Shown here: positions 27,371-41,189 of the stretch, piece after piece
Numbering within the stretch: position 1 is the stretch's first letter
Layout of the letters: each line of letters begins with the position of its first letter
NCBI GenBank assembly: GCA_951406725.2
Contig: OX597828.1
Coordinates: 31,744,001 to 31,808,000 of the forward strand
Reading direction: 5' to 3'
DNA from: Octopus vulgaris
Taxonomy: Eukaryota
DNA: 64,000 nt
Made by a program: the position numbers and the translations under genes
Notes under the pieces: generated by a model
What the model was told of the DNA's origin: nothing
Database searches by the model: none
Seen by the model: only the letters and a program-made list of their open reading frames with translations

Positions 27371-30300
27371 GAGCAATGAAGTTTCTCGTATATTCCATTT
27401 ACCGTCTCTGTCTTTTGTTGTGTGTGTGCTTGTGTGTCTGTGCTTGTATGACTGTGTCGGTGTGTAGATATATCTATATACACATACCTATATCTATATG
27501 TTGAATTAATATCATAAATTAATTCTATCAAATACATAATTAATAGAAATAAAAAAAAATTAGAAAATTACACGAGGAAATTAATGCGATCAATTTTCGA
27601 TTATGCAATATCTTTACCGAATTGTTCTCAGTCGTAAATATCACTACAACGGTATTTAGTATCGAGAATAATAATTGGATGTATATGATTTACAAGTGAT
27701 ATATAATCGGTATCATCTATCTTACTCTGACAGTATTTGTATAGTTATTTCTAAGAATTATATATAAAGTCCAATGAATTCATATCCATGCCATATTCCC
27801 GTAGTTTACGAACATAACGGAAATGTGATATATGTGTTTTATATCTGTGGCATATTTTGCTATATATAAATGCATATACACGTGTGTTTGTGCATATAGA
27901 TATTAACATACAACTACATGTATATATAGGCTGTCACATAAGCACAGTCATGTAACACAAACAGAAACACACACCTGTCATATTTATAGAAATTATTTAT
28001 TTGAGTCCGATAATAATTTTATGCGAATAGAGAAGTCGTGAATAGCAATGAAGGCTATGTATGCATTTTATATAATTGATGAAATGTGAGTATCACTACT
28101 TGAGGAAAAGACTCCACTCTTTGCGTGTATTTGTCTATATAGTTTGCAATGTGCAAATATTTAGAGGAAATATTGATATAGATGTCAAATTGATAGAACT
28201 CAATGTGATGAAATATTAAAAGTTATAGATAAGGTGTGAATCATTTAAAGGAAAATATGTATATTTCTTCATGTCATTCCTTTCATGAATGCGTGTAAAG
28301 GAATGTGTGCCCTTAAATAATGTATTCCTTATGATATTACATTCTTGTATTCTGCAAGAAAGTAACATATTCAATATCTGTGAAAATAAATTTGACGTAT
28401 CGTTTTATTTCCCGATATATTCTCATGCTATCTAAAAAAGTATCTCGTTCCAAATACACAATGAAGAAACTGAATGAAATATACGCTTTGACGCATCTAT
28501 ATAGCATTTGTAATTAGCAAATGAAATAAATCTCTTTGGTGACAGTTGAGTTTATTATAGTTTAACGTATTGAAATAAGAAGTAAATGTAGTGAAACAAA
28601 ACATAAATAAAATGAAAGGAGAGATGAAGATTATGGGTAATGACAAAAGTTATTAAAGACATGACAGAAATATCATGCATTTACTATTAAACTTAGATCG
28701 ATTTATGCATCATGATAAGATACCATTGGAAAAAACCAAACTTTCAGCATGAGAGGCATGATGCCGAAACATCTCACCAATAATTCAGAAATGCTTCCCG
28801 TTTAAAAAACATTATTTTTGGCACGAGCGATGAGAAAACTGCTTCAGAGCCGAGAATGATTATTGCTGACAATCACAATTGTATTTTGAAGGAATGAATA
28901 TATTAGCATTGCGATATATGCTGATTTGAACTCATTAAACGCAGCATTATCCTAATAACGGCCTTGTTAAGCTTATAGTCGAAGGAATAATCACCTCTGT
29001 ATTAGGGATACAAGAATGTATTTTCAAGTAAGTAATCAGATGTCATACCACAGACAATTTACAAACCGATAAAATATATCATTGCAATCAACCAATCAGA
29101 ATAGAATTAACGACAAGGCATTACTGAGATCCCACGAAGAGTGTGTATATATGCTTTGACTTGTAAGCCTTGGAAGATTAGAGCTGCGTATTCGGCATTG
29201 AATGTTTTACGAATTTCGTACGAACAATATCACAATTGCAAGGGAAATCATGTCTACTGCATAAGTGATTCTGTAAGTTTTCGGAAAAGCCAAATGTAGT
29301 TTAAAAAATTCTGAAACGAAGAATTTATGTTTTCAATAGGTATCGATCAGGAAGATTAGCGGTCATCACTAATGGCCGAGCGTAAACAGCATTTCAAGAG
29401 AATTCATATCAAAGTATTGGGGTCTTATCTAGGAGATTAATAAACTTTCTTCCATTGTGCAAGAACTCCTCCAAGAAACTGACAATAAACGAAAACGAAA
29501 AAAATGAATTGATTAAGCTAGGATGTTGTACTACATCTTCACTCGACACCAGGTTTAGTGCTATCAGAGTTTCATTTATTCAAGTGATTTGAGTACGTTA
29601 GCAATGGAAAATACAACTTTCAGGAGGAGAGGCATGATGTCGAAATAATACTCCAAAAATTCCAAAATTCTTCTCGTCTAAATAACCTGATGTTTTGTAT
29701 GAGGAATCAGAAAAAAAGTTGCTAACGATCACAATTATATTTTGAAGGAATTCATATATTCGCCATATAATAAGCACTGATGTGAACTCATAACGTAGAA
29801 AGGACCATTACCCCAATATTAAATATTTGTTTTAGAACTCGCTCATTAGACACCGGAACATTCCAACACTGCAGGGTTTGATATCATAAAGATGTGATTT
29901 TATCCAATGAATCTTCATGCTGTTTATGCGGCTTGACAGTTTATTAAATCTTACTCATATCTTATATCTAAATAAGACATATATCCTTGGATTGTTATAA
30001 AGAGCCTAAGAAAATAGTTGACGCGTTGACTAGAAAATTTGTTCTGATCACGAGCATAACATTATGTATGTGTTTCCTGGATCCACCGTGCCGTTTCAAC
30101 TTTGAGCAAAGCGCTTCCTTTCATGCTGCAGCAATCAGTACATTTGCAACCGTTTTTCCTACAATTAATCACGTCCAAGATAGACCAGTAGACGGTATTT
30201 GTTTTCTCGCAAATGCATAGACACTTAAAAACATTATCGAAACCACGGTACGCCCAGATATCGATACTGTTACGGTAAGGTCTATTTGAAATTTTCACTA

Positions 30301-30693
30301 TGCAAAGAGATAAAGCCATCTAATAATCGTCAATCACAAAAGGAAAACCCTGAAATTTTCATATCCAGTGTAAAATAAACATTCGTTTTACTTCGGAATT
30401 ATTTTATGACCTCACATATAACAGTTTGCACTACAATATACTATATAACGCATGGGACTGTAATTAAATGCACACATTAAATTGTCTTGTGTACAATCAT
30501 AGTTTCAACGTAAATATTAATGATTTATTATATGTAATATATGTGTGTGGCGGCGTGCATGCATGCTAGTGTGACAGACGGCATATATATACATAATAAT
30601 TGTTAAATTTCTAAATTATATAAATTAATTTATGTATTGGATTAAGTCTTTCTTTGTTTGATTTGCATAATAGTGGTTCTGTCTCTAATTTAT

Positions 30694-30950
<257 letters not shown>

Positions 30951-31873
30951 TTTATACCATTTATATATATTATATACCACCCGAAGACGGTTAAGATTTA
31001 GAAGCCACAGTCAACACTGCACCCTTTAAAGAATGACAGTTATGTACTCTGCCTAATATTTTGAGCAATGTATACATATATATATATATATAGATATCAT
31101 GCGTCGATTTACTTACACTTTCATACCAATGACAAATTGAAAATGCCTAAATATATAAATATTAATAATTTCTTTCTATTTGGCAAACATACTTCAACAT
31201 GAGCGAAGCATTACATAAACCAATTTGAATTCAATGTAAAAATTATTCCAGAGATTTATCAAGTTGCTTCTAAAAATAATTCATTTTATCTGAGAAAAAT
31301 TGTTCTTAATATCAAGTATATTTGTTAGCTCTTTCAAATGTACACTCCAAACGAGAAAGCAGTTCTGTCAAATATTTGTACATCATATTTCTCAACAACA
31401 AAGATTTATACTTTCTGATACACTATTATACAATTTTACACACTTTGTCCAAAATATTTAGTTTGTATTCAATATTAATATCGTGAGAAAAATGTTATTT
31501 TATCTATATATTTGATATTATGTTATTGAATTCTACATTTTCCTAATGTATATGTTTTGTCTGCTGTAAGAATGACTTTGTTGTCATTTACTCTACGAAT
31601 TATTTGTACTGTATGTCTTACCATCTGTATTTAAATTTATGTTAAAACCGGTGTGTATTATTTGATAAATAGTTAATACGTTCATAGTTACCTACCATAA
31701 TATATCTTTGTATGTAATCACCTAATAGATGCATCGGTACTTCATATGATATTTCTTCACAAGTATTTGCGAAATATAACCCACTACATTCATACATATA
31801 TATGCATGTATCTATTAAAACATATAAAAGTATGTCTCTATGTGGATGTATGCATATGGGAGTATATAAGTAA

Positions 31874-31907
<34 letters not shown>

Positions 31908-32333
31908 ATGGGGGGCGTAATGTGTGTCTGTGTTTGTGTGCATATGCATATATGTGTTTGTGTGTGGTATAGAAAGTTAATGGTTGGAGTTAATACGACG
32001 TAGAGGATCTGTCATTATTTTTCCCCAAAGGTTTGCGTTCTGAGTTCAAATTATGGCAACGCTATTCTACTCTTTATTGTTTTCGCATTAGAAGGAAATA
32101 TAATATTGAAAAACTATTTATAAGGGGAAGGCCTTGAAATAAGCTTTGCCATGTTTGTTCCAGATGTTTGTATCCAGAGGACAACGTCTGCAACGTCACA
32201 GATGGCAATCTCTATCTATCCAAATCGCTTTCGATGAAATCATTGACGTGGCACTTCAAATTACTTGCAAACATGTGCAAAAGACAATGGGCTGAAATGA
32301 CCTGAATGGCCAATATTGAAACATAGATACACG

Positions 32334-32452
<119 letters not shown>

Positions 32453-32506
32453 CATGGCGGATGAAGGATCGTTCTCTGATCGTTTGTGACATTCTGTACC
32501 CATATA

Positions 32507-32542
<36 letters not shown>

Positions 32543-33543
32543 CATTAATATTATCCCATCAATTGAGCGCCACACATCCATTTCCAAGTACGTTTATCTA
32601 AACCTTTTCGATGAGACTCTACTAAATAATGTTTTCTCCCCCGTTCTTCTCTAATTCCCTTTTCTCTCCTTCACCGTTTTCTCCCGTCTCTTTCTCTTTT
32701 TCTCTCTTTGCTCACACGTGCCCATCGTCCATCTTTCTTCTTCTCACGTGGGACATCTTTTTTACCTCCAGGACGTCAAAAGGACTGGACGTCTTCTATC
32801 TCTTCTATATTTTCTCTTTTCAAAAACAAATATTACTTCTGCGTTTCCGTGTACGTCTCCACTGTCCGGCTTTTGTGTCTAAATTTAACTCTCCATAGAT
32901 CCAAAATTTTCTTTTGGTATTTGTTGGAAGAACTGCCATCGAAGACTCATATTGTCGTTCAATGTTCGAAATGAGGAGTAAGTAGACAGCCGACAACTGA
33001 TGAAGCGCCATTCTATGTGTTACTTATCCTGTCTTCCATTTTTCTCCCCCCCACTTTGCGTGTATAACTTATATGTTTTCGTATTACATGTTGTTTACTG
33101 TTGGTGACGTTCTGTACCTATATATGCATACACATACACAAACACAAACACACCGAGGCACACACATATATGTATATCTAGTTGCTATTATGCAAAAATG
33201 TCTTAAGTCCAAATCGTTGCGTTCTCAAAAAACGAAGAAATAGTTTCACCATTCCAATTTTGGCAACAATTTTAGCTTAAGAATAATACTTTGTTGGGTG
33301 AATATAATCGTAACTCCATGCCAGTACGATATATATTTGCAAAACTGTCATATGTAGGACATACTACATATTTCAAAAATGTTAAACCGATGTACTACAA
33401 TTTGATATTTTTTATGTCAAATTGTTGTACGATACGATAATTTGACCAAATGATCCGGTTACAGCAAGCAAACTTAAATATTCAAAGTAACGCATTTGTC
33501 GAAATTTGAACATACGGCAGTTTAACAAAATATCAAAACTAAC

Positions 33544-33587
<44 letters not shown>

Positions 33588-33595
33588 CATACCTG

Positions 33596-33658
<63 letters not shown>

Positions 33659-34142
33659 GTGTGTGTATATATAGATGTGGTATTCATGTATCATATTGAA
33701 AACTGGTTTCGTTATCAATGTCTTATTTGACTATATATTATTACTTGATAACTAAGATCTTCTATGCAGCCCATCTTAGGGACCACGACCATGTGTGAAT
33801 CGAATGTAATTCAGTTTGAACAAGCAACACGGATTACGGATGCCACTCATGGAATAATAGAGTATATAGTTAAAAACGCAAGCATATATTTTTACCTATA
33901 AACTACAGTTGCATTATCACTATCTCTTTACTAGACTCTGCTCTAGTCTTATAAACTCATTATTACTAAGCGTAGAAATATGGTTTGTCGAAGTCACAAA
34001 CTTTGTCTCAGTGCTTTATTCTACGTCACAATATAATTATAGATTTTAGCCAAAACTATATACTAATATAAACTGCTTAAATGATATCGAAAACAACATG
34101 AAAACAGTATGAAGTACATCACTCCGAATCTTAACATCATAT

Positions 34143-34234
<92 letters not shown>

Positions 34235-34387
34235 CATATATATATGTTTATGTATATGTGGGCTGAAAGTGTTACTCGCACGTATGTACAGATATGTGCA
34301 TATGCACACACACAAATATATACATATACACACATACATATACAGACATACAGACACACAGACACACACACACACACACACACACAT

Positions 34388-34419
<32 letters not shown>

Positions 34420-34829
34420 TGATAGAGCATTATTATCGTTGTGCAAATAGATACTATGCTGGTGTTTAACAGAATGTTCGCCTTCGATAACTATACAATA
34501 CTAAAATATACTTAAGCTTTCCATTTATTTGTAGTGTCTCCTCATACAGTTAAAAGAGAAAAATATGATTTACATTTGTTCATTATATTAAAGCCTATAT
34601 AGATTATTTTGTTATAGCTTTACAATTTCCATAAACATATATATAAGGTGATTTTTTTCAACGTTTGCTTGTTGCACATATACACTCACACGAAGTCATC
34701 GAGTTACGCATCGTACAGTTGCCTGAGTTGAATACTAAATAGTGATCAGCAGAAAATTGCGATTATTATCAGCTTTGAGAGATGTGTGTGATATTGCGTG
34801 AAATAGAGATACATTTAGGATTGGACACG

Positions 34830-34866
<37 letters not shown>

Positions 34867-35423
34867 GTGAATGTATTTGCTTACTATGAGTGTGCTTCTG
34901 TGTATATGCGTGCGTATATCCGACATTCATTGCAATTTCTGTTCCATTTACTAACAATATGCTCTGTAAAACAAGTTGCGTACTAGCTGTAAAGAATGAA
35001 ATGCTAATTGACATATTTCAATGTGGAGAGAAAAACAACAGGAGTAATTTAGAAAGAGATAGAAAAATTGAGAGAGGACGAGAGGAAATACATTCTGTTC
35101 TAAATAGCCGCGAACAAAAAACTTGATTTCTGTTCTACTGTTCTTAGTTTTTGATTGTTTTAACGGTGTCAATATTTACTCGATTTTGTCGTACATTTCC
35201 GTAATTACTCCACCTCAGTCTTCTAGACGCAAGTGAATTGTTAGACCAGACATCGAGTAGCCAATGCATTAAATCAATGTAGAAATGCCGCAAGTGGGAA
35301 CCTAACACACACACTTATACACAACTACGCTCACACGAATCAACAATCTCTCACACATATATGCATGCATCTCTCTCTGATTCTATCTGACTACGTATCT
35401 ATCTATCCATCTATATATCTATA

Positions 35424-35494
<71 letters not shown>

Positions 35495-36971
35495 ATATAT
35501 ACATACATACATACATTCATACATACATACATACATATGTCTATGTATATATATATGTGTGTGTGCGTGTGGTGTGTGTATGTATGTGTGTGCTAATACA
35601 TGGTACAAACGAATTTTTTCATTCTTTGTGTGGTTCTGGTTGTATACAAATTTTAAAGAAGTAAATCAGATGAAATAAAATAAATAACGTTAGTAAAATA
35701 CCAGGAACTGACTCTGCCGCCATTTTGTCTGGTATTACGTCAAATTAACATTCATCTACTCCTGTCTTTTACTTCTTAGCTTGTTTAATCCAATCATCAC
35801 GTGCGGCTTCATTTACTATACACATATGGACCGTTTATACATACATACACACGCTCATATACATATACACACATTCACATACACACGCACACACTCATGT
35901 ATATACATCATGTCTATATAATTCATGTTTTTTTTGGTATACATGCATATATGTGTATGAATACGCGTTTTTTTTTAGTTACTGTACAAAAAATCTTTTA
36001 ATGAATATTGTTGCACCTGTAGGGGTAGCAATCATTTACTGCTGTCCTTTCTCATCAGATGTTTCCTAAGAAAGTTGATCGCCGAAAGCAAATATTATTA
36101 ATAATATTGCAATATTTCATTTCCTTTTGATTATATTTGTATTTTATCGTTGTTTTAGCTGTATAATGATTGGCACCAGTAACCATTCAATGCTGTAATC
36201 TTTCAGGTAAAATATGATGTAACAGTACAAACTTGAAATGATAAAATGATTCTCTTTGACGTACGTTAATGTACAATGAAAGAATGGCGCCGTTGTATAG
36301 TATTAACCTAAAGGATTTTTTTTATCACGTTTCATTAAGCTATTAAACATGCAGGATTTTTCTGAAGAGATATTTTCCAAAATAATTACAATGAATCATT
36401 CAACCATTTAACTATTTTATCAATTACACTAACCAGCCAGCATCTTTGCTTCATGTTATATTTCAATTTGTGTTGCCATCAATATCCGAATAAATTTGTA
36501 GCAATTTGTTGGAGCTGAATCCCAAAATGGACTCAGCAGGTCAGTTCTAGTTCTTGAAATAATGCTTCTCCTAATACAATGATGGTGTGCCTGTGCCAAT
36601 GTCGCTTGAATTGTAAAGTTAACGTCAGTAGGAATCCATATTTCTTTGACGAGTGCCAAATACAGGTAAACACGTTCAGCAGATTATATTACTGAATCAT
36701 TGCATTCTACCAACATACTTGTTCGCCTATGCAACAGGACTTTTATTCGCATATTTTACTCTTCAGTGTTATAAGTTCATAAATATTTTTCTTTCAACAC
36801 TGCTGTAGTAATTTCCTAAACCTTTAGACATTAATGGTAATTGGTATTAAATGGCAATGCGGTTAAAAATCGCTCACTAACCAGATCATTGAAAGATTAA
36901 ACAAAAAATATATTTTTGGTTCCGATATTTATGAACTCATCAAAATTCTAGATCGCTACTTAATATATGTA

Positions 36972-37315
36972 AAGGGTAAAGACCCCCTTCGGTCATGAAT
37001 GACCATGTGATTGCACCTAGAAAGTTACCCTCCTAGACACAAGTCCGGGCAAGGTTGTTTATGGAAGACCAGCAGTCGCCCATGCATACCAGCCTCCCCT
37101 CTCCACGCCACCAGTGTTATCCAAGGGAAAGACAAAGATCGATACAGCTTGGCACCAGTGACGTCGCAACTCATTTCTACAGCTGAGTGAACTGGAGTAA
37201 CGTGAAATAAAGTGTCTTGCTCAAGAACACAACACGCAGCCCGGTCCGGGATTCGAGTTCACAACCTCACGATCGTAAGCTCGACGCTCTAACAACTGAA
37301 CCATGAGCCTTCACA
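36972..37315 (-). mobile_element. Full-length tRNA-derived SINE family C (Octopus OK/OR-like) with 10-bp target-site duplication
   Basis: Minus strand begins tgaaggctcatggttcagttgttagagcgtcgagcttacgatcgtgaggttgtgaactcgaatcccgg (A and B boxes), followed by the core gtgttcttgagcaagacactttatttcac. TSD aatatatgta at 36962-36971 and 37316-37325. Second copy at 53545-53845. Confidence 0.9.
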
Positions 37316-37409
37316 AATATATGTATAATGTTGAAATCTCCGCTTAGTCGTGTTTTTGTTATCAAGAGTTATTTCTGTAACTAGAAACGTGTCCATTATG
37401 AAAACATTG

Positions 37410-37550
37410 TTTCAAGAAGTCGATTACATCGACGCCAGTCCTCACCTTGTATTTATTTCTATGAAAGTCACAGTGGACCTCAGAACGTAAAGATAGACAG
37501 AATTCCGTTAATTATTTTAGCTGTCGTACTAACGATTTTGGCAACTCTTC
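37410..37550 (-). mobile_element. SINE family A fragment
   Basis: aagaagtcgattacatcgac...ctcagaacgtaaagatagacag...gtactaacgattttggca. Confidence 0.6.
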
Positions 37551-38439
37551 ATCTCCTGGCAGGTTAATATTGGAGTATTCTTTATGAATTTCCTGCTTGT
37601 CCACAAAAAAGAAACATAGTAACAAACTTTCTTTACAGATCGATTCATCTATTTAAATATACGAAATTAGCCAATGCTACCTTATTTTTCATCGAATATT
37701 ACTTCACTAGAAACTAAAAAATATCTTGTGCCCAATTTTGAATTTTTCGGTTGTTGTTGGTGGTTGTGGGGATGGGGCATGGCAGATTTATATGGCGTTT
37801 AAGTTATGAAGTTGAAAAATAATGTATGTTTTAGCGTATAATACGAAATCGAATAGGAGTTCACACGGTTAAACTTGGCTACTCGACTAATTCGGGAACT
37901 TTGAATATGTCAAAAGGTAGAGGCAATCGAGGAAATCTGATGCTCAGGAAATTTAAGGAAAAATCACTCCGATAAAGTATTATTTACCACTATTATACAG
38001 TGTTTCTTAATGAAGGTACAACAAATGATAGAATTTAAGCGTGTTAAGTAATATCCCGTGATTTTCAGTTAGGAATTGATTGTGCATCACTGGAGGCTAC
38101 GTTACGACCAAATATATCCGTCGTCCTCACTTTAATGTTAACAATCAAAATCAATTTCTTACGATTATTTCAACATTTCTCATTTCTCTCCCATAATTTG
38201 TGGAATTTTTACTAAAATCACATATTTAGCTAATGATTATTCACGTCGCTGAACCTATAATCTGATTCAAGTGATAGGTCTTTCCTTGTTATATGCAGCA
38301 TGGTTACACAGGTTTATTTCACTTACATCTGCAGAGTAACTTATACTGTTTGAACAATAACGTATGGATCTTGCGGGCGCAGATCATTACTAATTTCTGG
38401 AAAATTATGTTGGGGTTCAAGTCGACAAGAATTCATATA

Positions 38440-38605
38440 TGCAGTTCTATATTTAACAGATGAGGAATTATGTACATTATTTACATTAATTACATTTGAC
38501 GGATATTTGTCCACAACTTGCTTGTTGTTAACCCTCCAGCGTTCAGCAGGTGACTTGGGGAGATTTCGAACGTGGGTCCTCATTCCTATGATATTTTCCA
38601 TGTTA

Positions 38606-38682
<77 letters not shown>

Positions 38683-38760
38683 ATCAATATTCGGGTCACT
38701 GCTTGGAATCGAACTCGGAGTCTTGGGTTTAGTAGCCCGCGTTCTTAACCACTACGCCAT
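38440..38760 (-). mobile_element. Composite SINE: tRNA-derived head + (AAT)n + hammerhead-containing tail (this copy has an internal deletion in the ribozyme)
   Basis: Minus strand head atggcgtagtggttaagaacgcgggctactaaacccaagactccgagttcgattcc (A box TGGCGTAGTGG, B box GAGTTCGATTCC), then (AAT)n, then taggaatgaggacccacgttcgaaatctccccaagtcacCTGCTGAacgctggaggg/ttaacaac...gacaaatatccgtcaaatgtaa. Confidence 0.8.
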
Positions 38761-38762
38761 AT

Positions 38763-39078
<316 letters not shown>

Positions 39079-39733
39079 CACATATGGGATAGAAAAGATT
39101 AATACGGAAATTAACAATCAATAAAATTATTTTAGTATTAAATGTTATAGCACACCTATAATCAATTATGTTATATCTAAGTTCAACTAAGGAGACGTCT
39201 CCATCAGATTTACTCACCGTAGTAACTCCAACAAAACGTCACGTAAGATGGGATGCAGCTTCTCTACCATGCCAATCCTGCATGGGTATAGATATTCAAA
39301 ATTGCATTTCATTTATATATATTCTTCATCGCAATTTCCTGTCCATGTTTGTTATGTGTTTACAATTTGGTAATATTTTAAAATATATTTCATTAAAATT
39401 AACAATATATATTAGCAATATATATAAATATATATGTGTGTGTGAGTGTGTATACCACTATTAATATATCACATAAGCTATTCTATATAACTCGTCTAAC
39501 TCAGTGTACTCACAATCTATAGAGCTCACTATGTATGTCATTGATCATATGTTCAAGTGCGTATCCGATTCATTATAATCTCATGTGGAAGAGATATTAT
39601 ACATATCATTTGTAATGTTATAATTAAAAGCTGTTTCCATTGACTTTTATGCAACAATAAGTCTGTCCAGCTGCCTATATTACATCATATCATATCTTTT
39701 TTATTTATATATTGTACTCTTATTATGTGGACT

Positions 39734-40174
39734 TTATCTCTTTTTCCAACGGCAAGTCCGGCGTAAATCCTCTTCTGACACTAAAGCGACTGTCTCGTTA
39801 GAAATTGTTGGTCGCCCGCTTCTTTCTTCGTCATGAATTTCCGTACAACCAGCTGCAAACATTCTACACCATTTGATGTAGTTTTTGACGTCCATGCACG
39901 ACTTGCCATGCACTTCCGTTAATTGGTGATAGGTTTCAATTTGTGTAGTGCTTTCTGCCTTCAAAAAGCCCAACAATTGCGTGAACTTCACACTTGGCAG
40001 TAGCATCAATCGAGAGTTCCATCAGATTCTACTGCAAACCAAGACTGAGCAAGGCACAAGCAGAAGCAGGCGCAGGTGCATGCACAACAAACACAACCGT
40101 GTTGCCAAAAGCCGCACGCAGAAATTCCCTACATTCCTACCGTTCTGGAGACCTAACTTTTGGGATTTCTCTCG
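39734..40174 (-). mobile_element. Mariner (Mos1-like) transposon 5' fragment: TIR + N-terminal HTH of transposase
   Basis: FLKAESTTQIETYHQLTEVHGKSCMDVKNYIKWCRMFAAGCTEIHDEERSGRP matches the mariner HTH and D-x-x-RSGRP signature. Upstream terminus ta|cgagagaaatcccaaaagtt. Confidence 0.85.
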
Positions 40175-40546
40175 TACATATTAAATTACGTTTTTAACGC
40201 TTCTGCCTGGTAAATACGTACGCTTGAGAATATGCACACTACTCAAGGGAGAAAGCTAACGATTCTGCCACAGACAAGTCATTCGATACTCTTCGGTTTT
40301 GTTCTCTATGATTGCAGAAAACTCGAAACCACCAAAGACAACTGTTAGGTGATAAAGTTAACCCAGTGTCATATTATCGCACCACCTACATCGACAAAAG
40401 CACATATACATATAGCAATTCACACAATCACACACATCCACAGATACAGACATAAGTGGTGCAGATATAACCTAATAGAGAATTGTATGTATATTATATG
40501 GGTGTGTATGTGTGCGTGTGTACGTGTATGTATGTATGTATGTATA

Positions 40547-40599
<53 letters not shown>

Positions 40600-40697
40600 A
40601 TAGTTTGAGGGAATATTATTCCTAACTTACAGGGAAAAATTCAATTTATAAATACTAAATCAAATTTCACAAAATATAATATATATATATATATGTA

Positions 40698-40905
40698 AAT
40701 TAGAAAAAACACCCTTTATCAATTCAAAATGAACAATAAAATTACACCGTCTAGAAAATTGCATATAAGAGAAATATTAAAAATATAATAACAATAATAT
40801 ACCGATAATAAAGTAAATCGCAAAATAATAATAATAACGTATATATTTGGTAGATGGTGTAATTATATTGTTCATTTTCAATTGATAAAAGTTGATTTTT
40901 TCTAA

Positions 40906-40907
<2 letters not shown>
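40698..40907. repeat. ~62-bp imperfect inverted repeat (40698-40759 / 40845-40907) flanked by (TA)n
   Basis: aattagaaaaaacaccctttatcaattcaaaatgaacaataaaattacaccgtcta versus reverse complement aattagaaaaaatcaacttttatcaattgaaaatgaacaatataattacaccatcta. Confidence 0.85.
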
Positions 40908-40959
<52 letters not shown>

Positions 40960-41189
40960 CAGGGCGTTCGAAAATTACTCCGCAGTGAGTATCTTATGGC
41001 TTTTAGCGATTATTGTACACTGATCCTTTATTTGCTGCCCAGAAAAAAAAGTCTGGCAGTGTTAAATCAGGTGATCTTGGTTGCCAAAGTCCCTTAGAAA
41101 TAATCCGTTCAGTGAAAAACTCTCAAAGTAGCGCCAATGTGATTCGCAGAATGAAATATTCACTGCGGAGAGACGTTCTGAACACCCTG
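40960..41189 (-). mobile_element. Internally deleted Tc1/mariner element (230 bp) with both TIRs and TA target duplication
   Basis: Left TA|cagggcgttcgaaaattactccgcagtgagtat; right (reverse complement) TA|cagggtgttcagaacgtctctccgcagtgaatat. Internal minus-strand WQPRSPDLTLPDFFFWAANKGSVY corresponds to the WPPRSPDL...DFFLWG catalytic motif. Confidence 0.9.

Noticed and set aside
28745-28775. GGCA-tga-TGCC-GAAA hairpin resembling hammerhead stem II
   Set aside because: No valid CUGANGA-type core or stem I; better explained as part of the duplicated transposase-like relic.
36456-36659. 67-aa minus-strand ORF with non-repetitive sequence
   Set aside because: No recognisable motif or clear splice sites; may be a LINE relic but cannot be supported.
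38690-38760. tRNA gene
   Set aside because: A and B boxes are present, but there is no convincing acceptor stem or complete cloverleaf, and it runs into (AAT)n and a repeat tail. Treated as a SINE head.
40299-40341. Possible further hammerhead (ttgttctctatgattgcagaaaactcgaaaccaccaaagacaa)
   Set aside because: Core, stem II and cleavage triplet would each need several changes; too degenerate to support.
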